Positions 9,036 to 17,826 of a stretch of 60,556 nt of DNA are shown here, piece after piece (within the stretch, counting starts at the first letter, position 1; every line of letters begins with the position of its first letter). The DNA lies in the NCBI GenBank assembly GCA_001784875.1, contig MFSH01000006.1:1-60556 (forward strand), in the 5' to 3' direction. A model generated the notes under the pieces. That model was not told the origin of the DNA and did no database searches. It worked only from the letters and a program-made list of their open reading frames with translations. The position numbers and the translations under genes are program-made. Origin of the DNA: Candidatus Moranbacteria bacterium RIFOXYB1_FULL_43_19 (GTDB lineage: Bacteria; Patescibacteriota; Minisyncoccia; Moranbacterales; UBA11712).

Positions 9036-10526
9036 TCAGACAAGATCTTCAAGCTCTTCTTCGGGAGCTTTTTTCTTTCGCAGAAGCTGTTTCGCCAGCT
9101 CAAGCTCTTGTGAGCCGAATTCTTTGAGAACAAAAAGCAAAAGAAGGTATATTGCAAATAAAATTGCCGACCAAGCAATGAAAACATAATGCCCACCTGA
9201 AAAAAAAGTTGAGAGAAAATACATAATCGCCGATGCCAAAACTATTTTCAAAAAACTGGAAAGCTTAAACAAATACCCGAAATATTTGTAAGAATAAGCA
9301 AGAATCAGAGCCATCGCCACAAAAGAGGTGATTGAGGTGGCGACTGCCGCGCCAGGAAGGGCGTATTTTTTTATGAAAAAATAGCTCAAAACGATATTGG
9401 TTGCCAGTCCCACAAACGAAATAAGCATCGGGGTTTTCACACGTCCTGCGCCGTTCAAAGCAAAAGCCATAACATAAAATATCGTGAGAAACGCCACGCC
9501 GCCCATGAGAATTGACATCGGAAGAGCTGCGTCAAGAAATTTCTTGCCGTAGAATATTTGAAGTATCGGCGCTGAATAAACAGACATCAAAATTGAAATG
9601 GGGAGCAGAAACATCACCATGAGTCGAAGTGAATGGCTGATCAGTTTTTTTGTTTCAGCGTGATTTTCGCTCGAAGTGGATTTTGAAACGGCGGGCAGGA
9701 TAATGATTGTAAGGGCATAAAAAAGAAAATAGGGAATGCGCCCGACAGTAATTGCACCGTTGTAGAGTCCGGTCAGCCTGTCATCCCGCAAAATCCCTTT
9801 CACAAGATACAGATCAATTGTAATCAAGAACTCGTAGGCAATCAGGAAAAGCGTCATCGGCCAGGCGTAGCGGAGAAGCTTTCGCCAGTCAAAGAAGCCT
9901 TCCGGCTTTTGTTTTTTATAGGGATCAAATAAGGTTGCCGCCAGAAAAACAAAAAAAGGAGCAAAAACATACCCGATAATCGCTCCCTCAAGGGCCAACC
10001 CTCGAGATTTCAGATAATACGCAAGGCCAAGAATAAACCCCAGGCGCGCGACTGACCGGATGGTTTTGAGCCAGGCTTGGGTGCTGAACTGATGAAGACC
10101 GGTGTAATAATAGAAATAAAAAGATGCCAAAGAGAAAGCGGGGATAACGAGTGATGAAATTCGAAATAAATTCGTGAGGCTTGGATCGCCGAGAATCCAG
10201 GAAATGAACGGGGATAGGAGAAAAAATAAAATTGTTACGCCGCCGATCAAAAAAAGCTGGACTTTGGCCGTTTGTTTTTTAATGATCGGAATGAGACCAA
10301 GCTTTGTGTCGTATATTTCCCCGAGATATTTTGCCATCGCGGTCGGCACGCCTTGGCCGATGAGCACGACGACCATCGTTGTCAATGTGACAACGAGACC
10401 GTAGCGTCCATACTGGGCCGGACCCAAAATCCGCCCCATACCGGAATGGATGATGTATGCCGAGAGATTATATATCACTTCCGAGAGCGTGACCCAGAAA
10501 AATGATTTTACAAGAAACCTACTCAT
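9036..10526 (-). CDS. Polysaccharide flippase (Wzx/MOP superfamily)
   Basis: 496 aa with about 14 TM segments; ILGPAQYGRYG, TGLYNGA...GRIP, ILPAVS. Confidence 0.85.
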   Translation of the reverse strand: MSRFLVKSFFWVTLSEVIYNLSAYIIHSGMGRILGPAQYGRYGLVVTLTTMVVVLIGQGVPTAMAKYLGEIYDTKLGLIPIIKKQTAKVQLFLIGGVTILFFLLSPFISWILGDPSLTNLFRISSLVIPAFSLASFYFYYYTGLHQFSTQAWLKTIRSVARLGFILGLAYYLKSRGLALEGAIIGYVFAPFFVFLAATLFDPYKKQKPEGFFDWRKLLRYAWPMTLFLIAYEFLITIDLYLVKGILRDDRLTGLYNGAITVGRIPYFLFYALTIIILPAVSKSTSSENHAETKKLISHSLRLMVMFLLPISILMSVYSAPILQIFYGKKFLDAALPMSILMGGVAFLTIFYVMAFALNGAGRVKTPMLISFVGLATNIVLSYFFIKKYALPGAAVATSITSFVAMALILAYSYKYFGYLFKLSSFLKIVLASAIMYFLSTFFSGGHYVFIAWSAILFAIYLLLLFVLKEFGSQELELAKQLLRKKKAPEEELEDLV

Positions 10527-10530
10527 AAAT

Positions 10531-10593
10531 TCAAAATGCGAATATCAAAATGCAAAATGATAATGGAAAATGTAAAATTTTCGAATTTTGATT
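10531..10593. repeat. Degenerate 7-bp tandem repeat array (TCAAAAT-type), partly inverted
   Basis: TCAAAAT GCGAATA TCAAAAT GCAAAAT GATAATG GAAAATG TAAAATT TTCGAAT TTTGATT. Confidence 0.6.
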
Positions 10594-10643
10594 TGTCGGT
10601 TTGGCAGAATTTCGCTGAAAGCGAAAGAGGTGGTGTGACCTTT

Positions 10644-11222
10644 TTAATCTTTGATTTTTGATATAATACTTTCGAATATTTCCTCTTTGTCCTTCTCTCC
10701 ATCTAAAACCATCATATCCCAATCTTCTATTCTTTGCGCGTATATTTTTTCTTTCGCCGCCAAGTATTCCAACCCCTGATCCGGCTTTCGCTCGCGCCGC
10801 ATTATTTTTTCCGGATCAACTTTGAGATAAAAGGCAAAATCGGGCCAAGGAATGAATTTTTCCGCAAATATTTTACTTGGAAGTTCGGCTTCCAAGTAGT
10901 TTATATTCACCACGGTGTCATAAAAATATCTATCGCTTATAATATAATCAACCTTCAATTTCTTCAATAATCGATTAAATCTGCAAGTATCAATCATCAG
11001 CGCAAGTTTCCGCAATTGAATTTTCAACCAATTCGCTTTGGTTACGCTTCCAATATTTTGACTTTTGACCTTTGGCTTTTGACATAAATTCCCGATTGAA
11101 AACTCTACGGCATGAAAATAATAAAAAGACTTTCCCTGTGATCTCAGGCAATTTTTAAGCAATTCAATTTGAGTCGATTTTCCGGAGCCATCAGGACCGG
11201 AAATAGATAATAATATAGGCAT
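10644..11222 (-). CDS. Thymidylate-kinase-like P-loop kinase (divergent)
   Basis: ISGPDGSGKSTQ Walker A, IISDRYFYD, PD.AFYLKVDPE; start taken at MPILL (11222). Confidence 0.8.
   Translation of the reverse strand: MPILLSISGPDGSGKSTQIELLKNCLRSQGKSFYYFHAVEFSIGNLCQKPKVKSQNIGSVTKANWLKIQLRKLALMIDTCRFNRLLKKLKVDYIISDRYFYDTVVNINYLEAELPSKIFAEKFIPWPDFAFYLKVDPEKIMRRERKPDQGLEYLAAKEKIYAQRIEDWDMMVLDGEKDKEEIFESIISKIKD
10875..10897. repeat. Palindromic element inside the kinase CDS
   Basis: ACTTGGAAG-TTCGG-CTTCCAAGT; the 27-mer 10875-10901 is identical to 51805-51831. Confidence 0.85.
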
Positions 11223-11255
11223 TGACAAAATATATTTATTGTGCTTATATATAAT
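11222..11255 (+). promoter_or_regulatory. Putative sigma70 promoter for the small ORF at 11286
   Basis: TTGACA (11222-27), 18-nt spacer, TATATA(AT); followed by SD AAGGAGG (11269-75). Confidence 0.45.
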
Positions 11256-11285
11256 TAATCTGACGTTTAAGGAGGGAAGAAAAAT

Positions 11286-11513
11286 ATGGAAACTCAGATT
11301 GGGGCAAAAATGCCCGTCAGCCAACTATTAACCAACGCCTTCGTGACCCGAGGAGGAAAGCCCTTTTTGGCATCAGCGATTGGCGTAAACGTCACGATTT
11401 GCCCTGTTGACAGGGCGGGGCGAGTCATTGGCAAAAAAGAGCTCCTGCCAGCCGGTGAATTTTATCTCGAGGTCATCCATCCGGACGACCTGCGCAAATT
11501 TAGCGGGAGATAA
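11286..11513 (+). CDS. Small hypothetical protein (75 aa)
   Basis: Strong SD AAGGAGG, candidate promoter upstream and terminator downstream; opposite strand to both neighbours. Confidence 0.75.
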   Translation: METQIGAKMPVSQLLTNAFVTRGGKPFLASAIGVNVTICPVDRAGRVIGKKELLPAGEFYLEVIHPDDLRKFSGR

Positions 11514-11540
11514 CCCGAAATGCAGAAAAAACCTGTTCAG

Positions 11541-11584
11541 CGCCCTTATTATAGGCAGCCTCATCGCCTGTGATAAGGGCTTTT
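11541..11584 (+). terminator. Long-stem intrinsic terminator
   Basis: GCCCTTATTATAGGC-AGCCTCATC-GCCTGTGATAAGGGC (15-bp stem with G:U pairs) then TTTTT. Confidence 0.75.
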
Positions 11585-11605
11585 ATTTATCCTAAAAAAC
11601 TAATC

Positions 11606-13129
11606 CTAATACATCAGCACCGCCACCGGTTCCATTTTCGCCACTACGTGAGCAACACCATTGTCTTCAACACCTGCAATGACCTTGTTAATATCTTTAT
11701 ATCTTGCGGAATCCTGATCGACAACTATTCGCGACCGGGCGTTATAAAGCCGCACGCCTTTATCTTTCATTTTTGCAAACAGTTCATCTTTTGTGGTGAT
11801 GGATTTTTCTTTTTCATTTTTTCCTTTTCCGGTGCCGTGGGGAGCGGAGAAAAAACTATCCTCATTTTTGTCCGTCCCGACGCAAATATAGGCATCGGTG
11901 GACATGGAAGAGGGAACGAACACCGGCTCGCCGGTTTTTTTGTAAACCGGATGATTGGCCATTCTGGCCGGCCCAAAAGACCGCGAAGTGTTGCTGCGAT
12001 GGACCCAAACATCGTTCCCGAAATGATTTTCTTTGGATATTGATATGTGGGGCATATCATAAATCAAATCCATCTCCGGATCGCGGTTGAAAAGTTTTTT
12101 GATTGTTTGCGAGATGTTGTGAGTGATGACCGCCCTGTTAGCCGAGCCAAAATTGGAAGCAGCGGCTCGAGCGTCCATATACATTTTGCCATCCGGGCCG
12201 TCGGCACCGTACCTTAGGAGCGAGTTGTCTCCCCGCATATGGCGCTTTATATTCTTTTGCATTTCATAATAAATATCTTTTTTTCTCGAGCCGAATGTCA
12301 ATTTGCCCAGACTGACCATCGTTGATTGGGATATGTGCTCCCGTTTCTTGGCGGTATGGGTATACATAGTGTATTGTCCTAAAATTCCGGAACCGGTATG
12401 AACCATGAAAAGGTACTGCCCTTTTTTAAGTCCTAGAATTTCCGCCATTTCGGGATCAACGAGATCGGACACTTTCATGAGATCTAAAAAATGGTTCCCG
12501 GCCGCACCGAGGATGCCCAAGCGAAATTTGGCAAAAAATAGAAATAATTTCGGAATAACGTCAAAAATATCCTGGCGCGTCACTTCACGCGAAAAAAAAT
12601 TTCCGCCGTTTTGGGTATTTTCCAATTCGTTTTTAGTTTTGATTCCGAGGTAATCAATGACGGCTCGCGTGCCTTTCCGGCAGATGTCTACGACGACATC
12701 AAAAGGGACTTTTGTTCCGACGAGTTTTTTGGTAGGAACCGCTTTTATCAGCTCTTGAAAAAGTTTTTCAATCTGTTCCGGCGAAAAATTATCTTCCGAG
12801 AGATTCGTCTTGAGAAGTCGCATACCGCAGTTGGGATCGGAATCGTTGACTTGAGGAAGAATATATTTTTCGGAAACAACCACTGTTCCGGACGCATTTT
12901 TCCGGCCTGGTTTTGATGAGACATCCGGCATAGCCACAAGATTGTGAAAAAGGGTATCCGGATTGGAAGCCACGTCCTCCAGTTTGTTCCAGGTCTCATC
13001 TTCAGGAAGCAGGTCTTCGCTCATGAAAAAAATTGCCGGAACTTTCATTTTGTCCGTCTGGAATTTCTTTTTATGAGCGGTTAGGGATTCTATCTTGTGT
13101 TCCATGATTCTTGGTTCTTCAATCGACAT
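11606..13129 (-). CDS. Divergent RtcB-family protein
   Basis: MPDV, DPNCGMRL, GNHFL, MVHTGS, YDMPH, VHR, APHGTG, YKD motifs align with the RtcB metal and guanylylation sites. Confidence 0.88.
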   Translation of the reverse strand: MSIEEPRIMEHKIESLTAHKKKFQTDKMKVPAIFFMSEDLLPEDETWNKLEDVASNPDTLFHNLVAMPDVSSKPGRKNASGTVVVSEKYILPQVNDSDPNCGMRLLKTNLSEDNFSPEQIEKLFQELIKAVPTKKLVGTKVPFDVVVDICRKGTRAVIDYLGIKTKNELENTQNGGNFFSREVTRQDIFDVIPKLFLFFAKFRLGILGAAGNHFLDLMKVSDLVDPEMAEILGLKKGQYLFMVHTGSGILGQYTMYTHTAKKREHISQSTMVSLGKLTFGSRKKDIYYEMQKNIKRHMRGDNSLLRYGADGPDGKMYMDARAAASNFGSANRAVITHNISQTIKKLFNRDPEMDLIYDMPHISISKENHFGNDVWVHRSNTSRSFGPARMANHPVYKKTGEPVFVPSSMSTDAYICVGTDKNEDSFFSAPHGTGKGKNEKEKSITTKDELFAKMKDKGVRLYNARSRIVVDQDSARYKDINKVIAGVEDNGVAHVVAKMEPVAVLMY

Positions 13130-13131
13130 AT

Positions 13132-13157
13132 ATTCTAGTTCACTGGAGAACTAGAAT
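13132..13157. other. Perfect 10-bp hairpin just upstream of the RtcB-like start codon
   Basis: ATTCTAGTTC-ACTGGA-GAACTAGAAT; start codon at 13129. Confidence 0.6.
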
Positions 13158-13166
13158 CTTTGCTGA

Positions 13167-14297
13167 TTATTTGAAAATTATTTCGGAATAGATTTTTTCG
13201 TATTCCTCGACAATTTTCATTATATCAAAATTTTCCCTCGCGAATCGCAGGCCTTTTTCACCAAGCTCGCGCCGCGCCTCTGAATTGTTGTGTAAATAAA
13301 GTATCTTTTCTTTGAGCGCTGCATGGTCACCAACCTCAATTAAGATGCTGTTCTCACTGTTCAAAAAATATTTCAGCCTTTCCAGATTGCTTGCAATCAC
13401 CGGTTTTCCGCAAGCCATCGCCTCCGGAATTACAAGGGGAATATCGAATTTTCCGGCCATCGTCCGGGCGGGAAAAATAGAGATGTCGCAGAGGTTGAAA
13501 ATATCCTCCATGACATAACTCCCGTCATCGATAAATACCACTTGACCCAAAGCTTCTTCCTTCTCAAATCTTTTTCTCACTTCTTGCTTCTTTTCAGCGT
13601 CTTTTCCATTTTTCACCCGGACAGCCAGATGTAATTTGAGATTTTTGTTAACTTTCGCCAGATCGGAAAAAACCGAAACAATGTCGTCCATATCTCCCAG
13701 CCGAACATATTCGCCAGTATAATTTATCACGAAGTCATTTTCTTTTGTTTCAAATTTTTGCATCAGCTCCGGTTTTTTTGGGGCGGGAGAGAATAAACTG
13801 ATATCAATTCCAGGATAAATTCTTTTCACATTGCTAAATCCAATTTTTTCAAGTTTTTCTTTGGAATAGTCGGAGTAGGCGATGATTAGATCGGCGTAGA
13901 TTATTCTTTTTAAATGTTCGTCGCCATAAATATCATCCCGAAGCGTAGCCAGCGTCTGAATGGTTTTCAATTTCTTGTTTCGTAAACACATTTTCAGCGC
14001 AAAAACATTCAATTTTGTCGGTGTGAAAAAAGAGTGGATAATATCATAATCCTTCCCGCCCTTCAAAAAAATTTCTTTGACTAGGAATAAGTATGCCCGC
14101 ACTTTTTGCCCAAAATCCCACTTTGGAGATGTATAAATCTTGTGCTGAACAACATTTTCCGGAAGATCTGCTACTTTGCCAAAGGTCAAAAGATGCACCT
14201 CGAAATCCCGTGCGTGCTTTGCCAGAGTATACGCGAAATCTTTGGATCCCTCGTCCCACGGCGGACAAATCGGCCGGGTTAGTAAAAGTATTCTCAT
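13167..14297 (-). CDS. Glycosyltransferase family 4
   Basis: PWDEGSK, IYPGID, DIPLVIPEAMACGKPVIAS (GT-B EX7E-like region). Confidence 0.9.
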   Translation of the reverse strand: MRILLLTRPICPPWDEGSKDFAYTLAKHARDFEVHLLTFGKVADLPENVVQHKIYTSPKWDFGQKVRAYLFLVKEIFLKGGKDYDIIHSFFTPTKLNVFALKMCLRNKKLKTIQTLATLRDDIYGDEHLKRIIYADLIIAYSDYSKEKLEKIGFSNVKRIYPGIDISLFSPAPKKPELMQKFETKENDFVINYTGEYVRLGDMDDIVSVFSDLAKVNKNLKLHLAVRVKNGKDAEKKQEVRKRFEKEEALGQVVFIDDGSYVMEDIFNLCDISIFPARTMAGKFDIPLVIPEAMACGKPVIASNLERLKYFLNSENSILIEVGDHAALKEKILYLHNNSEARRELGEKGLRFARENFDIMKIVEEYEKIYSEIIFK

Positions 14298-14695
14298 TTC
14301 AAATTCTTATAAATTCTATACTTCAGGTCTTTCGCGCTGATTTCAAGCGAAACTCTTGCATCATTTTTTCTTTCAAGGTCAAAAAGCGGCGCGACCTGTC
14401 GTGTTTCGCCGGCTTCAATTTCGACTTGGCCTTCGGCAATCTTTTTTCCATCGGCCAAAATTTCATAGCTGTATTTCATTTTCTCGCCTTCATGGTTTTC
14501 AATCGCAAAATCAAGCGAATCACCCGCCTGCAGCGATGCAGCAGCTTCGGGAAGGTCCCGCGGATTTTCAAAATAGGCGACGCTCCACGATTTTTTGTAG
14601 TCGAGATCGTGGTTTTTTGTCTCGACGACGAAAAGCACCGAAAAACTGACAAGAAGAAGAATTATGGTTGCAATGACAATAATTTTGGAGGACAT
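14294..14695 (-). CDS. Membrane-anchored small hypothetical protein (DUF1616-like Ig-type domain possible)
   Basis: N-terminal TM from MSSKIIVI (14695), then a beta-rich domain; the in-frame upstream extension to 14758 is repeat-derived. Confidence 0.7.
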   Translation of the reverse strand: MSSKIIVIATIILLLVSFSVLFVVETKNHDLDYKKSWSVAYFENPRDLPEAAASLQAGDSLDFAIENHEGEKMKYSYEILADGKKIAEGQVEIEAGETRQVAPLFDLERKNDARVSLEISAKDLKYRIYKNLK

Positions 14696-14703
14696 AATTT
14701 TCC

Positions 14704-14763
14704 AAAGCTCGGCTTTTTCCTCCCTCCCTTCGCGAAGGGAGGGATTCCTCAAAGCCAAGCTTT
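14704..14763. repeat. Nested palindromic element
   Basis: AAAGCTCGGCTTT (14704-16) and AAAGCCAAGCTTT (14751-63) are inverted (12/13); they flank the perfect palindrome TCCCTCCCTTCGCGAAGGGAGGGA (14721-44). Confidence 0.75.
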
Positions 14764-16625
14764 TAGTTTCGTTTAAAAACCGAAATGTAATTTGAACTAT
14801 ATATCTTGGAAAAATCCGGATATTGTTCGAAACTGTTTCCTTCGAGTTGAGCGTTCAGGACGACGTAATTCACTCCTGTTTCTGAAAAGCACAGTCTTCC
14901 CTGGTCGCTTTCGGGCTCCATGATCATGTCCCTCGTGCAGATTTCCCGAGGTTTTGTCGGATCAACATAGCGTGACAAATTCCCGCGGCTCAAAGGATAT
15001 CTATAGTCTTTCATAAAAAACAACTTGTACCAGGAATCGGCGTATATGTTCACATGGTCCTTGAGCACCACGTCCTTCGCGGTGTCCAACCTGTCGGCCA
15101 AATACTGGGCGGAATGAAAGGTCTGGATGGCTTCCTGAAACTGCGGCCGGGTCTTGAATGCTTCGGCGCTGTCAGCCATTCCATCCGTGATCACAAAAAA
15201 CAGCAGAACGAAAAGGAGGACGGAAGAAAAAAAGACAGTCGAACTCTTTTTGAAAAGCCTCAAAAATTCAACCAGGCCAAAAGCGGCAAGCAGAGAAAGC
15301 GGAAGATACAGATAATTCCCGATCCGGTCGCTGGGAATATTGACATAGAGCCACCCCGGCTTCGCGCTCATGAGGAGCAATACGGCTGCCCAGGCGAGAG
15401 CGAAGCTGAATTGGTAATCTTTCCTATTAAAAACCCAAAAAAGCAATGCGAACCCCAAAGCGCCAAGAATTAGCCTCGCGCTTCCGGCATTTGCCTCTAT
15501 CTGATTGAAGCTTAGTCCGACTCTGGTTATTTTTGACGGCTCGCCGGTGGCCTGGCTGACAGCCGAAGGGTTGAAATAAGAGGGAGTAAATATAAGTAAA
15601 AAGTAAAAAGTTAAAAGAAAAAGGATGACTATCGGGAAAGGCTTTAAAAATATTTTCAGCCAATCGCCCATGATTTTGAAAGCCCGCTCAAAATTGAGCC
15701 CGAGATGGAGCAAAATAATCGCGGCGATTGAATAAAGCAAAATAAAACTTGAAAGATGGTGGGTATATAGAAGTCCGACACTCGAAAAAATAAAAAGGCT
15801 GGCAAAGACTGAATCTTTTTCTGAAAGCGCCCGATACAAAAAGTACAAAACAACCGGAATGAGCATGTTGCCGATGATATTTCCGACTACGCCGCCGCTA
15901 ACATACTTTGCTTGAGGGGCATTTATCGCGTATAAAACTCCGGTGACAAAAAAAGCCATGGCTGCTATTTTCGGGCTTTTGAAAATCCTTCCAGCGAGTA
16001 TTGACAGAGCAAATATCCCGACGATATTGAAAAAAAGCAAAACAAGGGCCGGCATCGCCCCTAAAATCGCCGCGCCGCTCAAAAGATTGAAAACCGAAAA
16101 AACCATATGTTCGCCGATAATAAAGTCCGGCATTCCGTAGTCAGGAAGCTGGCCGCTGTCAACAATTGCCTGACTCCAATACATATGGTGGCCCAGATCA
16201 GTGGAAGAGGGAATGATCGTATCCGAAAGATAAGTTGTTCGAATGAAAATCGCGAGAAATAGCGAGATCAGGATGAAAATTGCCTGCCAATAAGAAAAAT
16301 TAAAGAAATCATGCAATACTTCTTTTTTTCCGGCCTCTTTTTTTTCTTTTCCGGTGAAGCGAAATTGAAAAATTATATATCCGATAATCGAAAAAATGAG
16401 AATTGATCCAACGAGAACCGGTCCGCTCAAAAAAATATGCATCCGGTTGAGAAGCAAAACCAGAAAATCAACCGAAATCAAGCTCATAGGAACAGTGAGA
16501 ACTGCTTTTTCGAAAAAAGAAATTTTTGAATTTCTCCAGCCAAAAACAGCCAGTAAAAGACAGAATCCTGGGAGCACAAGCACGAAAGGAAAAGTCAAAA
16601 TGAGTTTTAGCAGATCTAAAATCAT
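14763..16625 (-). CDS. Multi-pass membrane protein, GT-C-like (DUF6541/DUF2206-like)
   Basis: 620 aa, more than 12 TM; VLPG...S.FEK N-terminus, luminal PSSTDLGHH, YTHHLS, C-terminal soluble domain. Confidence 0.7.
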   Translation of the reverse strand: MILDLLKLILTFPFVLVLPGFCLLLAVFGWRNSKISFFEKAVLTVPMSLISVDFLVLLLNRMHIFLSGPVLVGSILIFSIIGYIIFQFRFTGKEKKEAGKKEVLHDFFNFSYWQAIFILISLFLAIFIRTTYLSDTIIPSSTDLGHHMYWSQAIVDSGQLPDYGMPDFIIGEHMVFSVFNLLSGAAILGAMPALVLLFFNIVGIFALSILAGRIFKSPKIAAMAFFVTGVLYAINAPQAKYVSGGVVGNIIGNMLIPVVLYFLYRALSEKDSVFASLFIFSSVGLLYTHHLSSFILLYSIAAIILLHLGLNFERAFKIMGDWLKIFLKPFPIVILFLLTFYFLLIFTPSYFNPSAVSQATGEPSKITRVGLSFNQIEANAGSARLILGALGFALLFWVFNRKDYQFSFALAWAAVLLLMSAKPGWLYVNIPSDRIGNYLYLPLSLLAAFGLVEFLRLFKKSSTVFFSSVLLFVLLFFVITDGMADSAEAFKTRPQFQEAIQTFHSAQYLADRLDTAKDVVLKDHVNIYADSWYKLFFMKDYRYPLSRGNLSRYVDPTKPREICTRDMIMEPESDQGRLCFSETGVNYVVLNAQLEGNSFEQYPDFSKIYSSNYISVFKRN

Positions 16626-16626
16626 A

Positions 16627-17733
16627 CTAGGTTTTTTCTATGACTTCTAAATATCTTCTTGCAATCTTATCCCAACTATAATTCTCAAGCGTAAATTGGC
16701 TGGCTTTTTCTCCGAATTTTTTTCGGAAATCATCATCAGACAAGATTTTTTTTATTTTTTTTTCCCAGATATCCGCTTTTTCCGGCTCGAGAAGAAATCC
16801 GTTTTGTCCATCTTTTACTGCGTCCCGAAGCCCCTCAAGATCAGCCGCCAAAACAACTCTTCTGCAAGCGGCCGCCTCAATAGCAGTTATACCGAATCCT
16901 TCCAGAGACCCATGAACTTTTATGTTCGGGGAAATGTATAAATCGCACACATTGAAAAGAATCTTCATTTGCGGCCTTGGCAGGTTGAGCATCAGCTTCA
17001 CTCGATTTCGCATTCCCAGATCTTTGACCGCTTTTTCGCATTTCGGATAATAGTTTTCATCCCCCGCGGTTTTCCTCGCGATTCCGCCGCCCGCCGCGAC
17101 CAATAAATAATTTTCCGGAAGTTTCGTCATCACATTTCGAATAAACCATTCCACGCCCTTATGCTTTGTGAATCTTCCGCCCCTGAAAATCACTTTTTTA
17201 CCGCCAAGGTCAATTCCGAGTAGCTTCTCCAGGTCTTTTCCATTATCTTTGGAAATTATTTCATTCATGTCGAACCCATTGGGCACGAATTCGCATTTTT
17301 CTTCCGGAATTCCCAATTTTTGCGCTTCAGCAATCGTTTCTCTTCCGACCATGATCAAACGGTCAAGTTTTTTGAGAGATGGTATATTGACACTCCTGTA
17401 TACTTTTCCAAGAAATGATTTTTTATGTGCAAAAGTAATGTCCAAGCCATGCACTATAGAAATATATTTTTTCTTTCGGAAAAAAGTTTTCCAAAGAACT
17501 GCAAGGGGAGACAGAATGCCGTCACCAATGAGAACAACGTCATATTTTGGAATGACAAAAAAGGATTTCAGTGCAACCCAGGGCAAAAAAAACGGCAGAT
17601 TTTTTTTCCCAAGTTTATTGGCGATTATTCTCGTCGGGGTGATTTCGGAGAGGGCATGAGCAATGCCATAGTTCTGATTCTCGATGCCTCCCAAAACCGG
17701 CGGGTAAGCCCGGGAAATAAAGAGTATTTTCAT
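16627..17733 (-). CDS. Glycosyltransferase family 4
   Basis: YPPVLGGIE, VHGLD, VPNG, EGFGITAIEAAAC. Confidence 0.92.
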   Translation of the reverse strand: MKILFISRAYPPVLGGIENQNYGIAHALSEITPTRIIANKLGKKNLPFFLPWVALKSFFVIPKYDVVLIGDGILSPLAVLWKTFFRKKKYISIVHGLDITFAHKKSFLGKVYRSVNIPSLKKLDRLIMVGRETIAEAQKLGIPEEKCEFVPNGFDMNEIISKDNGKDLEKLLGIDLGGKKVIFRGGRFTKHKGVEWFIRNVMTKLPENYLLVAAGGGIARKTAGDENYYPKCEKAVKDLGMRNRVKLMLNLPRPQMKILFNVCDLYISPNIKVHGSLEGFGITAIEAAACRRVVLAADLEGLRDAVKDGQNGFLLEPEKADIWEKKIKKILSDDDFRKKFGEKASQFTLENYSWDKIARRYLEVIEKT

Positions 17734-17788
17734 AAAAAAGCCACAAAATTACTATACCACAGCCAGCCAAAAAAATCGAGCTTTCTAT

Positions 17789-17817
17789 TTGCCTTGGAAC
17801 TGCATTTATCGTATGAT
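17789..17817 (+). promoter_or_regulatory. Putative sigma70 promoter (near-leaderless) for GT4 at 17827
   Basis: TTGCCT-17 nt-TATGAT; ATG 9 nt downstream of the -10 box. Confidence 0.55.
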
Positions 17818-17826
17818 AATAGCAGC

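Noticed and set aside
17425-17826. 509-aa ORF implying a long N-terminal extension on GT4
   Set aside because: The extension overlaps the opposite-strand GT4. Family similarity begins at MKIGIN (17827), right behind a good promoter.
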